From: a virus
Virus genome (UHGV): UHGV-0332340
Length of the DNA: 42,718 nt
Direction: 5' to 3' (one strand)
Under the pieces are notes generated by a model. That model ran no database searches, was not told where the DNA came from, and saw only the letters and a list, made by a program, of their open reading frames with translations. Every line of letters begins with the position of its first letter. Within the stretch, counting starts at the first letter, position 1. Both the position numbers and the translations under genes were made by a program. Shown one piece after another: positions 1-8,591 of this stretch.

Positions 1-470
1 CAACTGCAGTTAGCGGCGGTTTAATAACATTGTCACTTACTGACGCTTCAGGTAGTTATAATGGTATACTAGACGCCAAGGCGTTAACTAAAACACCATG
101 GATTAATTTACAAATGGGTAGTTTATGGGAAGCGGCAGAAAACAACCCACCTCAATATAGAATTATCTATAACTTGGGTGGTTCAAGAACCATTAAGTTT
201 AAAGGACAAGTTAAATTAAAGAGTGGTACTATGAGTCCTGGGAATACCTACTTACCATTTAGTCAGTCCAATAGTGGTGGGCCACATTACCTACCAGAAA
301 ATATAAGACCTCAATCAACAGCCTTCGCTTATGCACCTGTGGGTGTATCAAGTGGAACAACCCACGGCGGACAATGGGCAGTAACACCGTCAGGCTGGTT
401 CTCTCTAGGTGTAGCTCAAAGTAACACAACGTATGCTGTATTAACCTCTCTATCCTATGATTTAGTTTAA
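1..470 (+). CDS. C-terminal fragment of tail fibre / receptor-binding protein (5' end outside window)
   Basis: Frame is open from the window edge. Ser/Thr/Gly/Asn-rich beta-type C-terminal head domain. Followed by an intrinsic terminator and then the lysis cassette, as expected for the last tail gene. Confidence 0.5.
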   Translation, partial: TAVSGGLITLSLTDASGSYNGILDAKALTKTPWINLQMGSLWEAAENNPPQYRIIYNLGGSRTIKFKGQVKLKSGTMSPGNTYLPFSQSNSGGPHYLPENIRPQSTAFAYAPVGVSSGTTHGGQWAVTPSGWFSLGVAQSNTTYAVLTSLSYDLV

Positions 471-498
471 AGTCCTCTTTTTGAGGGCTTTTTATTTG
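471..498 (+). terminator. Intrinsic terminator after tail fibre gene
   Basis: Short GC stem (CCTC..GAGG/GC) followed by a T-run (gctttttatttgttttt). Confidence 0.45.
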
Positions 499-581
499 TT
501 TTTAAACGCACAATCACCCACCTAACAAAATTTAAACGCCTTAGAATGCTCGTGAGAGACACACTATTTCGCTTATATAGA

Positions 582-590
582 TGGTATAAT
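582..590 (+). promoter_or_regulatory. Extended -10 promoter (TGgTATAAT) for lysis cassette
   Basis: TGGTATAAT at 582-590, about 40 nt upstream of the first lysis gene. The same TGnTATAAT motif recurs at 20949, 22635, 23709 and 24206 ahead of other late units. Confidence 0.5.
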
Positions 591-638
591 GATTACAGAC
601 CTAGGAAACGAGGTGATAAATGAATAGGAGTGTTTGCT

Positions 639-917
639 ATGAACTTAAATGATAAGGAGTTTGTTTCATTAAAAGAACAGTTAGCAAGAATTGAGGTAAA
701 GTTGGATGATATACCTGAGATTAAAGCTGACTTAAAAGAGTATGGAAGTCGCTTAGAACGCCAATCTGAGAAAGCAGATAAGGCATACAGCATGTCCATG
801 CAGAATAGAGAGGCATTAGCTGACCTTAAAAACAGCTATACATGGCTAACACGTACAACTGTTGGCGCAGTTATTGGAGCATTAGTTAGTATTGGTTTAT
901 CCTTATTTATGAAATAG
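639..917 (+). CDS. XhlA-like haemolysin/holin-associated membrane protein
   Basis: N-terminal coiled coil plus a single C-terminal TM helix (VGAVIGALVSIGLSLF). RBS AATAGGAGTG lies 8 nt before the ATG at 639; the ORF track's GTG at 630 is less likely. It is the first gene of the lysis cassette. Confidence 0.6.
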   Translation: MNLNDKEFVSLKEQLARIEVKLDDIPEIKADLKEYGSRLERQSEKADKAYSMSMQNREALADLKNSYTWLTRTTVGAVIGALVSIGLSLFMK

Positions 918-929
918 GAGTGATGTAGA

Positions 930-1211
930 ATGAAAAAAATCAACTGGAAAGTTCGTTTTAGCAAAGACAACCTAACATTTATCTTGCGTTTTATTGGCGC
1001 ATTAGCAGTACCTATCCTAGCCTACTTTGGTTTGAAGTTTGAGGATATCACATCTTTTGATACCTTATTGGATGTATTAGTCAGAGCAGTAAGTAATCCT
1101 TATGTTTTAGGCTTAACTGTAATTAACGCATTAAATATGATTCCAGACCCAACAACCAAAGGTATTACAGATAGTGAAAAAGCATTAAACTATACAGAAC
1201 CAAAGAAATAA
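930..1211 (+). CDS. Holin, phage phi LC3 family (TIGR01598-like)
   Basis: 93 aa, with a TM helix (FILRFIGALAVPILAYFG) and the family's conserved C-terminal DPTTKGxxDSExAxxYxxP motif. RBS AATAGGAGTG. Confidence 0.7.
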   Translation: MKKINWKVRFSKDNLTFILRFIGALAVPILAYFGLKFEDITSFDTLLDVLVRAVSNPYVLGLTVINALNMIPDPTTKGITDSEKALNYTEPKK

Positions 1212-1227
1212 GAAAGAGAGTGATACT

Positions 1228-2253
1228 ATGGTAGAAATCATCAACAAAACAGTCACACGTGGTGTGGCAGGTCGTAGACCAGGTGCAGTGAAGGGTGTAG
1301 TATTCCACAATACATGGGGCAACTCAACCGCCAAACAAGAAGCTAATCGTTTAGCAGCAATGAACAACAATCAATTAGCAGCTGGATTTGCTCATTACTA
1401 CATTGATAAGAATACAATCTGGCGTACTGAAGATACCTATAATGCCGCTTGGCATACGGCAAACAGTGATGGTAATACAAACTATATTGGTTATGAAGTG
1501 TGTGGTAACGATCAAACACCATTGAAAGACTTCTTGCAAGCGGAAGAAAATACATTCTGGCAGATTGCACAAGACTTGAAATATTATGGATTACCTGTAA
1601 ATCGCAACACTGTGCGCTTACATCATGAGTTTTCAGCCACGCAATGCCCTAAACGTTCATTAATTATTCACACTGGCTTCAACTCAACACAAGCACAGCC
1701 AGCTAATGTAACTAATGCAATGAAGGACTATGTGATTAAAAACGTTCTTAAGTATTACAATAACCCTAGTTTGAAGCCAGATGGTAAAGCACCAGCTACA
1801 AGTGGACAAACACCTCCAAGTGGTGCTAATGTAACACCATCAACACCTAGCCAACATGATAAGGCAGTAGCTGCAAGTCCAGCAAAACATCAAGGTAATG
1901 CCTGGGGTAAACTTGATTACTTCAATGGTCATGGTAAAGACCAAATTCGTGTGGCTGGTTGGTTAGTTCCTGATAAACCACAAGGCCCAATTGGAAAATA
2001 TGCGTATGTCATCTTCATGCAACATGGCACTGGTAAAGAGTTGACACGTGTTCAGTCTGCTGGAATCAAGCGTCCAGATGTGAAGAAATCATATGGATAT
2101 CAAGGTGGGCAAGAGCTTGGGTTTGATGTAACTGTTAAGAAAGCTCAGTTCAAAGGTAAAAAAGTAGACGTGATTTTACGTAGAGCGAATAAATCTAATG
2201 GTGAAGGTGCTGTAAATGATGTACGAATTGACTCAATCTATTTGAGCTTATAA
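1228..2253 (+). CDS. Endolysin: N-acetylmuramoyl-L-alanine amidase (Amidase_2/PGRP) with C-terminal cell-wall-binding domain
   Basis: N-terminal amidase_2 motifs (HNTWGNS, HYYID, YEVCG) within 'HYYID...AWHTANSDGNTNYIGYEVCGN'. A Pro/Ser/Thr linker (GQTPPSGANVTPSTPSQ) precedes a ~110-aa C-terminal domain. It sits directly after the holins. Confidence 0.8.
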   Translation: MVEIINKTVTRGVAGRRPGAVKGVVFHNTWGNSTAKQEANRLAAMNNNQLAAGFAHYYIDKNTIWRTEDTYNAAWHTANSDGNTNYIGYEVCGNDQTPLKDFLQAEENTFWQIAQDLKYYGLPVNRNTVRLHHEFSATQCPKRSLIIHTGFNSTQAQPANVTNAMKDYVIKNVLKYYNNPSLKPDGKAPATSGQTPPSGANVTPSTPSQHDKAVAASPAKHQGNAWGKLDYFNGHGKDQIRVAGWLVPDKPQGPIGKYAYVIFMQHGTGKELTRVQSAGIKRPDVKKSYGYQGGQELGFDVTVKKAQFKGKKVDVILRRANKSNGEGAVNDVRIDSIYLSL

Positions 2254-2256
2254 CAA

Positions 2257-2287
2257 AAACCACTGGTTAATCCAGTGGTTTTCTTTT
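2257..2287. terminator. Bidirectional intrinsic terminator between convergent lysin and dNK genes
   Basis: aaaccactgg-ttaat-ccagtggttt is a perfect 10-bp stem. It is followed by tcttttg on plus and preceded by an A-run on the minus-strand side. Confidence 0.75.
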
Positions 2288-2330
2288 GTATTTAAATGGG
2301 TAATTACCTTGTTTGATTAATTTAAAGGGC

Positions 2331-3026
2331 TTAGAATGCTCGTGAGAGACACAGCTTTTTAGAAAAATAGGTGTGTTCTTCACCGCTAATGGCTCCCACA
2401 TGAAATAACTCATTCAGTATCATCATTAGTACTTTCATACGATGTTCTTGATTATTAACATAGTCAAGAGAGGTCACATCTATGATTAATTTAGGGAAGC
2501 CTAAATCTTTATTCATCCAGTCTTGATAATTAGCATGATGGTTCCTAAAGTATTCATATAATTCAGTACCTTCTTCAACTTTCTCAAAATCTCTTGCTCG
2601 TTTATTAATGCGTTTAATTTCTTCATCAAAACTACAATTTAAAACAATCATCAAATCAGGTGATTTCTTTGGCAATGGTTCTAGTTCTTTCAACATGCGA
2701 TTCAACAGTTTAGTATAGACCTCCAATTCTAGCTTGTTCACAGAACCTTCATCGTATAACTGCTTTAAAAAGATTGAATCTTCATATATTGAACGATCAA
2801 GAATGCCATTTTTAACGCTCATAGCTTCCTGAATAAGTTCAAAGCGCTTAGACAACATGTCAATTTGAAATAGAAAACCATACTTTTTTTTATCTGCATA
2901 GAACTTCTCCAATAGATGATTTTCTTCAACTGGTTCATAAACTGCTTTAGTCTCCAGTAACTCACTTAATAATCTTGTCATTGAGGATTTACCTACCCCA
3001 ATTACTCCAGCTAATGTAATCAACAC
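2331..3026 (-). CDS. Deoxynucleoside kinase (dNK/dCK/dGK family)
   Basis: N-terminal P-loop LAGVIGVGKSS and a ~230-aa length typical of the dNK fold. The last 23 nt overlap the 35-bp direct repeat. Confidence 0.7.
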   Translation of the reverse strand: MLITLAGVIGVGKSSMTRLLSELLETKAVYEPVEENHLLEKFYADKKKYGFLFQIDMLSKRFELIQEAMSVKNGILDRSIYEDSIFLKQLYDEGSVNKLELEVYTKLLNRMLKELEPLPKKSPDLMIVLNCSFDEEIKRINKRARDFEKVEEGTELYEYFRNHHANYQDWMNKDLGFPKLIIDVTSLDYVNNQEHRMKVLMMILNELFHVGAISGEEHTYFSKKLCLSRAF

Positions 3027-3038
3027 TAATCTTCCTCC

Positions 3039-3260
3039 CTACTTGAATTCTTCCCATTTATTTGGTGCAAACCCCATACTCACAAATTCATCATCTTTAA
3101 ACACTACAGGTAGTGTTCGTAGGTTCATAGTAAGTAAGTCATTTAACCCATCTAGATTATCATCTACATTAACCTCAGTGAAGGTGTGTCCTTTGCCTTT
3201 AAACCAGTTCTTAGTCATCTTACAGGGCATACAATTGTTTTTAGTATAAATTTTAATCAT
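3039..3260 (-). CDS. nrdH: NrdH-like glutaredoxin/redoxin
   Basis: 73 aa, with a CMPC (CxxC) motif near the N-terminus and a thioredoxin-fold size. Adjacent to dNK (nucleotide metabolism). Confidence 0.6.
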   Translation of the reverse strand: MIKIYTKNNCMPCKMTKNWFKGKGHTFTEVNVDDNLDGLNDLLTMNLRTLPVVFKDDEFVSMGFAPNKWEEFK

Positions 3261-3268
3261 TTTATGTT

Positions 3269-3320
3269 CCTCCTTTAACTTTATGAATTAAGTATAACAC
3301 CTCAGTTAAGAGGTGTCAAG
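3269..3320 (-). promoter_or_regulatory. Early promoter P7 with spacer palindrome (ACACCTCAGTTAAGAGGTGT)
   Basis: TTGACA, 17-nt spacer, then TATACTTAATTCATAAAGTTAAAGGAGG. Nearly identical to P3. Confidence 0.6.
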
Positions 3321-3323
3321 TGT

Positions 3324-5603
3324 TTAGTCAATATAATTTTTAACTTCTGGAAACTCATCTATTTGGCTATGAGCCTGTTCAATACGCTCTTTCCAATTTG
3401 TGCCAAACCACATTACTAGTAAATCCTCTACCTGGGTTATATAATATTCTTTATCAATATCATCAAGCGTTATCCATCCTTCACCAATAGCTTCATTATC
3501 AATGGCATAATATTCAGGAGCATTAGGTAAGCCTTTAGTGTAAGAATCATCACCAACAATCGTTGTGCCTTCCTCTTCAATAATAGCTCCACGTTTCACC
3601 TTGAATATTTCAACAGCTTTATTAGGGTCTTTTACTGCAAAGGTGCGGTTTACTTTTTGTGCTTTAAGTTCATTGCCTTTACTATCACGCACCACAGTAT
3701 CATCAAAAGTATAACCTGTTTTCGTAATCATTTGGAACTGACGTAGTTCGTCACATTCATTGATAAACTCTTTATAGTCTTTACCAGCAACCACATAGTT
3801 AATAAAGGCATTTGAAACAATTGCTTTAGATACTTTCAAACCATTGGTTAGTCCTATAGCACCCTTAAACTTCACCTTACCATCTGATGTAACTGCCAAA
3901 TAATTATTGACGTCCTTCTGGAAAATAGCTTTAAATGGATCATCATCTAAGGTGTAACCTGTTCGTTTCATCCAATCATTTGCAATCTCATCAATGGCTT
4001 TTTCATCTTCTTCACTGAATGGAATATAGTAGTGTGCATCTGTGTTTGATTGAATAATAGTAGCATGGTCTTCAATCTTTTCTAGTAAGTCCCACATTGC
4101 CATCTGTCCAGTAATACATACTAATAACCTCATACGTGGATCATACAATTTATTAAATTCAGCTCCCATTGCACCATATTTCGTGTTTAGAGGTAGTTTA
4201 TAACCATTAATTAGCAACTTAGTTGGAATTTGAACGCCTTTAATTTCAGTAAATTCTTTATTAGAATACTTAGCTTCCATGCGTTCATCTAATAACATTT
4301 GATAGATATGCCGTTTATCTTCTGGAATATTTCTTGATAAGTAGTCAAACAGCACCATTGTGTTAGGGTACAATGATCCAACATCACGTGCGTGGAAGTT
4401 ACCTACATGAATAAATGACTCCTTAGCGCCATGTATACCACCTACTCCTAATACCTCTGTAACGTCTCTACGAGGAACATCTAATGAGATACTTGCATGT
4501 CCTTTATCATTAGCGTCAAAGTCATCTGTCATAAATGCCTGACGGATGGTCTCTGACTCAATTTCAAAGCCTTTTGGTAGTTCATACTTATCTAACTCAT
4601 CCCCTCTATCAGGTGTTTTTTCAGCCCCTAATAGTTCAGCAGTCAAGTTTGCGTTTGTCATTGACAGTGCCATTTTATCTAAACCAAAGTACAATGCAAT
4701 TGCGGCCTTAGCCACTAACATACCTATATTTTGCTCAAAACGTTTTTCCGTAGCTAACACATCATTCTTACAGTAAAGTTCATTCAGTACTTGCTCTTCT
4801 TCTGTTAGTTCTCTATCTAAGTCAAAATCAACCTCTGTTTCTTTAATATTGATACCCATGAAAGCACTATGCTCTTTCAAACTAAAACCCCTATTGTCTT
4901 GATACAAATCCATCCCAAACAGTGGGGTTTTCTTAGTATCAAACATTTTATATGCTAATGCTCTATCATCACTTTCAATAATCGCTTTTGACACATGAAA
5001 TGGGTTTTTACCTTGTAAATATGCACGCATGACATTGGAATCATATGAGTGTGAGTTATAGCCTACAAACAATGAATCTCTATTCGCTAGATAGAACTTG
5101 CGTAAAGCGTCTAAATCATTATGAATGACTGTCCATTCTTTAGTGAAGTAATCTCTGAAAACAAATAAATTATCTTTTTTAAATACTTCAATATCATAAA
5201 TATAGATGGTTTGTTTTGTTAGTGCCTCATTTGGTTTCTCAGGTAATACGTCAATCACTGCTCCTTTTTGATTAATGGTCACGTTTGGAAAACCATTGTT
5301 GTATTTTAGAGTAATCATTAACTGCTGCCCAACTTCTATTTTTTCCCAAGTTTTCCAATCTTGTTTACGAAACTTCATAATATAAAAAGTAGCGTCACGT
5401 CCATCATTTGTGCTACGTACTTTAATCTCTTTCATTTCTTTACCCTTAGCGCTTAAACGTTCTTCTGCTTTAATCACTACAACTTGGTGAACTCCTTCAA
5501 TCATTGGATCAAAACTTTTTCCATTCCCAGCTAATGCTGAGAATATTTCTAACAACTTACTTGCTAGCTTTTCAGCACCTTTAAATTCTGCAATATTTTT
5601 CAT
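3324..5603 (-). CDS. DNA polymerase, family B
   Basis: Exo I YDIEV, Exo II YNSHSYD, Exo III YCKNDV. Pol motif A DVGSLYPNTMV, motif B KLPLNTKYGAMG, motif C QSNTDAHYY. Confidence 0.8.
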   Translation of the reverse strand: MKNIAEFKGAEKLASKLLEIFSALAGNGKSFDPMIEGVHQVVVIKAEERLSAKGKEMKEIKVRSTNDGRDATFYIMKFRKQDWKTWEKIEVGQQLMITLKYNNGFPNVTINQKGAVIDVLPEKPNEALTKQTIYIYDIEVFKKDNLFVFRDYFTKEWTVIHNDLDALRKFYLANRDSLFVGYNSHSYDSNVMRAYLQGKNPFHVSKAIIESDDRALAYKMFDTKKTPLFGMDLYQDNRGFSLKEHSAFMGINIKETEVDFDLDRELTEEEQVLNELYCKNDVLATEKRFEQNIGMLVAKAAIALYFGLDKMALSMTNANLTAELLGAEKTPDRGDELDKYELPKGFEIESETIRQAFMTDDFDANDKGHASISLDVPRRDVTEVLGVGGIHGAKESFIHVGNFHARDVGSLYPNTMVLFDYLSRNIPEDKRHIYQMLLDERMEAKYSNKEFTEIKGVQIPTKLLINGYKLPLNTKYGAMGAEFNKLYDPRMRLLVCITGQMAMWDLLEKIEDHATIIQSNTDAHYYIPFSEEDEKAIDEIANDWMKRTGYTLDDDPFKAIFQKDVNNYLAVTSDGKVKFKGAIGLTNGLKVSKAIVSNAFINYVVAGKDYKEFINECDELRQFQMITKTGYTFDDTVVRDSKGNELKAQKVNRTFAVKDPNKAVEIFKVKRGAIIEEEGTTIVGDDSYTKGLPNAPEYYAIDNEAIGEGWITLDDIDKEYYITQVEDLLVMWFGTNWKERIEQAHSQIDEFPEVKNYID

Positions 5604-5704
5604 TCCTTACTTCCTCTCTCGTTTGAATATAATATAGTATATCACGTCTATTGTTAATACACAAGTGCAAAATATAAATTCTATGAAACTCTCTATTGTG
5701 TGTC

Positions 5705-5911
5705 TCATTGGAACATTCTAAACTGTCTTGGGTGACCTTGTGTTTGCATATATAATACATCATCTAACTTATAAACAGCAATAGTTTTCTTCTTGTTTGC
5801 AATCATCATCTGAGTTGGATCAATCTTCATATACACCTCATTAAAATGTCTGTTGATAATTACACCATCTTCATCTTTCACTGTTAAAATTAAGTTGTCT
5901 ACTAACATCAT
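5705..5911 (-). CDS. Hypothetical protein
   Basis: 68-aa ORF with RBS AAGGAGG upstream. The 5581-5763 ORF overlapping it is probably spurious. Confidence 0.4.
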   Translation of the reverse strand: MMLVDNLILTVKDEDGVIINRHFNEVYMKIDPTQMMIANKKKTIAVYKLDDVLYMQTQGHPRQFRMFQ

Positions 5912-5925
5912 TTTAATCTTCCTCC

Positions 5926-6252
5926 TTATTTGAAGTCATCTTTGTTCATCAATGCGCCAATAATATTGAATAGTGAAATAATTGTAGGAATACCTGTCCA
6001 ACAAAACACTAGTTTAATAAGTCCTTTTACTGGTTTTCCAACGTAGAAATCATGGGCACCAATTCCTCCTAAGAAGAGTGCTAGCAATAAATAAACAGTC
6101 AAACTTGGCTTACTAGAATCATCTTTCATGCTTTTAAGTTGTGCTAATTGTTCCTTTAAAATTTCGTTTTGTAATTGATCGTTAGTCATTTCTTTTTCCT
6201 CCTCTTTATTCATATTTGCTAAAGTGTTTAATACTGGATTTTGTTTTTTCAT
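5926..6252 (-). CDS. TM2-domain membrane protein with N-terminal coiled coil
   Basis: Two TM helices and a GIGAHDFYVGK motif (TM2 domain, GxHxFYxG). Conserved early promoter/leader upstream. Confidence 0.55.
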   Translation of the reverse strand: MKKQNPVLNTLANMNKEEEKEMTNDQLQNEILKEQLAQLKSMKDDSSKPSLTVYLLLALFLGGIGAHDFYVGKPVKGLIKLVFCWTGIPTIISLFNIIGALMNKDDFK

Positions 6253-6286
6253 TTTAATCTTCCTCTCTTTATCTTATGAATTAAGT

Positions 6287-6499
6287 TTACCATGCAAAGC
6301 TCACTTTGTCAATGTTTTTAACTGCTAATTTTAAATCTTTTTCTAAGAAAGCTTCTGTTGAACCACTGTACAACTTAACCAGGTATTCCCAGCCGTCAAC
6401 TGGTTCATACAGCTTATATAACAGTACTCCTTTATCGCCCTTATTACCTATTCCGTTTAGGTTATCTCGTTTTAACTCTACCCCATTTCCAATATTCAT
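6287..6499 (-). CDS. Hypothetical protein (true start at MNIGNG...)
   Basis: The ORF-track N-terminus 'MIYLMHKLRGGIKM' is read-through of the conserved leader CATAAGTTAAGAGGAGG. The real ATG is at 6499. Confidence 0.45.
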   Translation of the reverse strand: MNIGNGVELKRDNLNGIGNKGDKGVLLYKLYEPVDGWEYLVKLYSGSTEAFLEKDLKLAVKNIDKVSFAW

Positions 6500-6587
6500 T
6501 TTAATACCTCCTCTTAACTTATGCATTAAATATATCATGAGAAAATAAAAGAGTCAAGCGTTTATGCTCAACTCTTTTACATTTATT

Positions 6588-7295
6588 TTAGAATGGTAAT
6601 TCCTCTTCTGTTACTGCTTCTTTTTGATCATCTGGGTCTAATGGCTGTGCTTCTAACCATCCATAAGGTGATTTAGGGTCTAACATGTTTTTGTTAACAG
6701 TACAATCCACAACCATTCCAATAGCCATTTCTGCAGTATCCCATGTTACATTTACATCTTCAAACAATTCATTAAATCGTGCTTTTGCTTTGGCAAGTTT
6801 CGCTTGATTTGGAATAAATTTGTTTAATTTCTCAATATATACTCCCGAGTTGAAATTAAATGAGTAGTATTTACCTTCATGCTCAACAACTACTGCTCGT
6901 CCTTTGGCACTGTCTTTGATTTCAACGATTGGAACTTGCTTCAATCGTTTTAGTGAAACCAGTGGCTTCTCAATTTTTTTAAATGATGTTCCTTCTTCAA
7001 AGTATGCTTTACCTGTTTCTTCATCTACGTACATTTCTAGTTCTTTATCTTCAAGGTTGTCAAATGAGCCACCTAAAATTTCTAATGCGTTTGCTAATCG
7101 TTCTTTACCTTTTGTATCTTCATCTGTGAAGTCATGCCACGTTTTAGAGTCTTTGTCATATGTTTGTTTAAACACTGCTGCTTCATAGATCGCGCTATAA
7201 TCTTCACTGGCTACCTGTAATTTTACACTAATATCATCTTCCTCTGAGCTAACAATAATTACTTTTTTTAATTCTGACATTTTAATTTCCTCCAA
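6588..7295 (-). CDS. Putative ssDNA-binding/annealing protein (gp2.5-like), acidic C-terminal tail
   Basis: 235 aa ending in ...DPDDQKEAVTEEELPF. An acidic tail ending in Phe is the hallmark of SSB and T7 gp2.5-type proteins. It lies next to the MBL hydrolase and a coiled-coil protein in a recombination-like cluster. Confidence 0.35.
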   Translation of the reverse strand: MEEIKMSELKKVIIVSSEEDDISVKLQVASEDYSAIYEAAVFKQTYDKDSKTWHDFTDEDTKGKERLANALEILGGSFDNLEDKELEMYVDEETGKAYFEEGTSFKKIEKPLVSLKRLKQVPIVEIKDSAKGRAVVVEHEGKYYSFNFNSGVYIEKLNKFIPNQAKLAKAKARFNELFEDVNVTWDTAEMAIGMVVDCTVNKNMLDPKSPYGWLEAQPLDPDDQKEAVTEEELPF

Positions 7296-7362
7296 TTAAT
7301 TTGTTTTATTTTCTCTCTTACAAAATCTATTATAGCATATATTCCCTTACTTGTGTAGCTTG

Positions 7363-8178
7363 TTACAGTACCTCATAATCAATTTTAAGTTTCTTCAAGT
7401 CTTCTTTCTTCACTTTGATTGTCACATATTCAACTGGTTTAGGAGCCTCCTGTTTTTGCTCGTTTCCAGTGAGTATGACAATGTCAGGTGCTTTCGTTTC
7501 TTTTACTCTAGCCTGTTCTTTTTCAAGACGTTCTTTCTCAGCAATCATACTTGCATAGTCTAAAATAGCCTCTTGCATATTATGACCGTTTTTAGAGTAG
7601 GCAATTAGAATGGCTGAACGATCATCCTTGTCTGGATATTGTGTTTTTAATAGTTCATAGTCCTGTTTAAATGTTTCAAAGTAAGAAACCACTGCTTCAC
7701 GTATCTTTTTAGCACTTGTTGCCTTATTAGTAATTAGCGTTGGATTTTTGGCAATGAACTTATCAAAAGTAAGCCACTGTGGAGCGTTATATGACTTCTG
7801 ATATTTTTTAAATAAGTCCTTGATTTGTAACTTACGTTGTTCTTGTTCACGTGCAGTAATCTCTTTAATTTGTGCATTAATATGACCCTCACCTTCACCA
7901 AGTACCTCTTTCAATACTTTTATTTTCTCATTGAGTTCCTCATAGGGTGTCATAATTTCACGCTTAACAGCTAGACGTTCTGAGTCTAATTTTTTAATTT
8001 CTTTACGAATTTCAGCAAGAAGTTTTTTGTTTTCAATAATGTTTTCCTCATTCACTTCTTGCTCTTTCATACGGTCAGCTAATCTCCTAACATCTTCAAG
8101 TGTTTTTTCGTAGCCAATGAATTGTATTTCATGTTTACCTGTAGATTGAATTGATAATTCAAATGCCATATTTTTCAT
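7363..8178 (-). CDS. Coiled-coil protein, possibly recombination-associated (DUF1351-like)
   Basis: 271 aa, highly charged with long predicted coiled coils. Its position beside the SSB-like gene is typical of such proteins in Firmicutes phages. Confidence 0.3.
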   Translation of the reverse strand: MKNMAFELSIQSTGKHEIQFIGYEKTLEDVRRLADRMKEQEVNEENIIENKKLLAEIRKEIKKLDSERLAVKREIMTPYEELNEKIKVLKEVLGEGEGHINAQIKEITAREQEQRKLQIKDLFKKYQKSYNAPQWLTFDKFIAKNPTLITNKATSAKKIREAVVSYFETFKQDYELLKTQYPDKDDRSAILIAYSKNGHNMQEAILDYASMIAEKERLEKEQARVKETKAPDIVILTGNEQKQEAPKPVEYVTIKVKKEDLKKLKIDYEVL

Positions 8179-8328
8179 CCTTTAATTTGAGACGTTTATA
8201 TTCTACAGCAAATATTTCATTGACTGAATAATTAAATTTGAATAGCCATTTACAATTATCAATCACATTAAACAATTGGTTTTCAGTGTAGCCATAATCT
8301 AACTTTAACAGTGTTTTATAGTTCATCC

Positions 8329-8556
8329 TCACAGCTCCTCCTTCAACAAATCCAAATCTTCATCACTCAAGCGGTCAATCAGTTCAATATCTTCGTCACG
8401 TACTTCCTCAAAGCGTGCTGCAAATTCTCCAGTTTCAACTAAGACAAGAATGTTTCCAAACTTGTCTACATGTTGAACGGTACCTGTGTCACCTTGTGCT
8501 GCGTGCATTCCATAATTATTTGTGAATTTTACTAAGTCTCCATATTGGTATTTCAT
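8329..8556 (-). CDS. Hypothetical acidic protein
   Basis: Real start is MKYQYGDL at 8556. The upstream 'KHKERGGNKM' is a translated leader/RBS. The C-terminus is acidic. Confidence 0.4.
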   Translation of the reverse strand: MKYQYGDLVKFTNNYGMHAAQGDTGTVQHVDKFGNILVLVETGEFAARFEEVRDEDIELIDRLSDEDLDLLKEEL

Positions 8557-8591
8557 TTTGTTTCCTCCTCTTTCTTTATGTTTTAATTTTA

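Noticed and set aside
593-799. Minus-strand ORFs embedded in coding genes (593-799, 1185-1572, 4546-4776, 6904-7188, 26605-27141, 32849-35961, 36254-36556, 36858-37124, 38391-39148, 41072-41275, 42228-42422, and others)
   Set aside because: All lie antisense or out of frame inside well-supported genes, with no RBS, so they are most likely spurious.
1856-1858. Internal ATG in the endolysin linker as a secondary start for a binding-domain-only product, as described for some enterococcal lysins
   Set aside because: The ATG is out of frame with the lysin ORF and no in-frame start with an SD was found before the C-terminal domain.
2331-2353. Direct repeat interpreted as a prophage att core
   Set aside because: No integrase, repressor or host genes are present, and the repeat brackets only the lysis cassette inside the phage genome.
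6500-6538. N-terminal extensions 'MHKLRGGIKM', 'KHKERGGNKM' and 'HKLRGGINM' in three ORF-track proteins
   Set aside because: These are translations of the conserved leader/SD (CATAAG.TAAGAGGAGG) upstream of the real ATG and are not coding.
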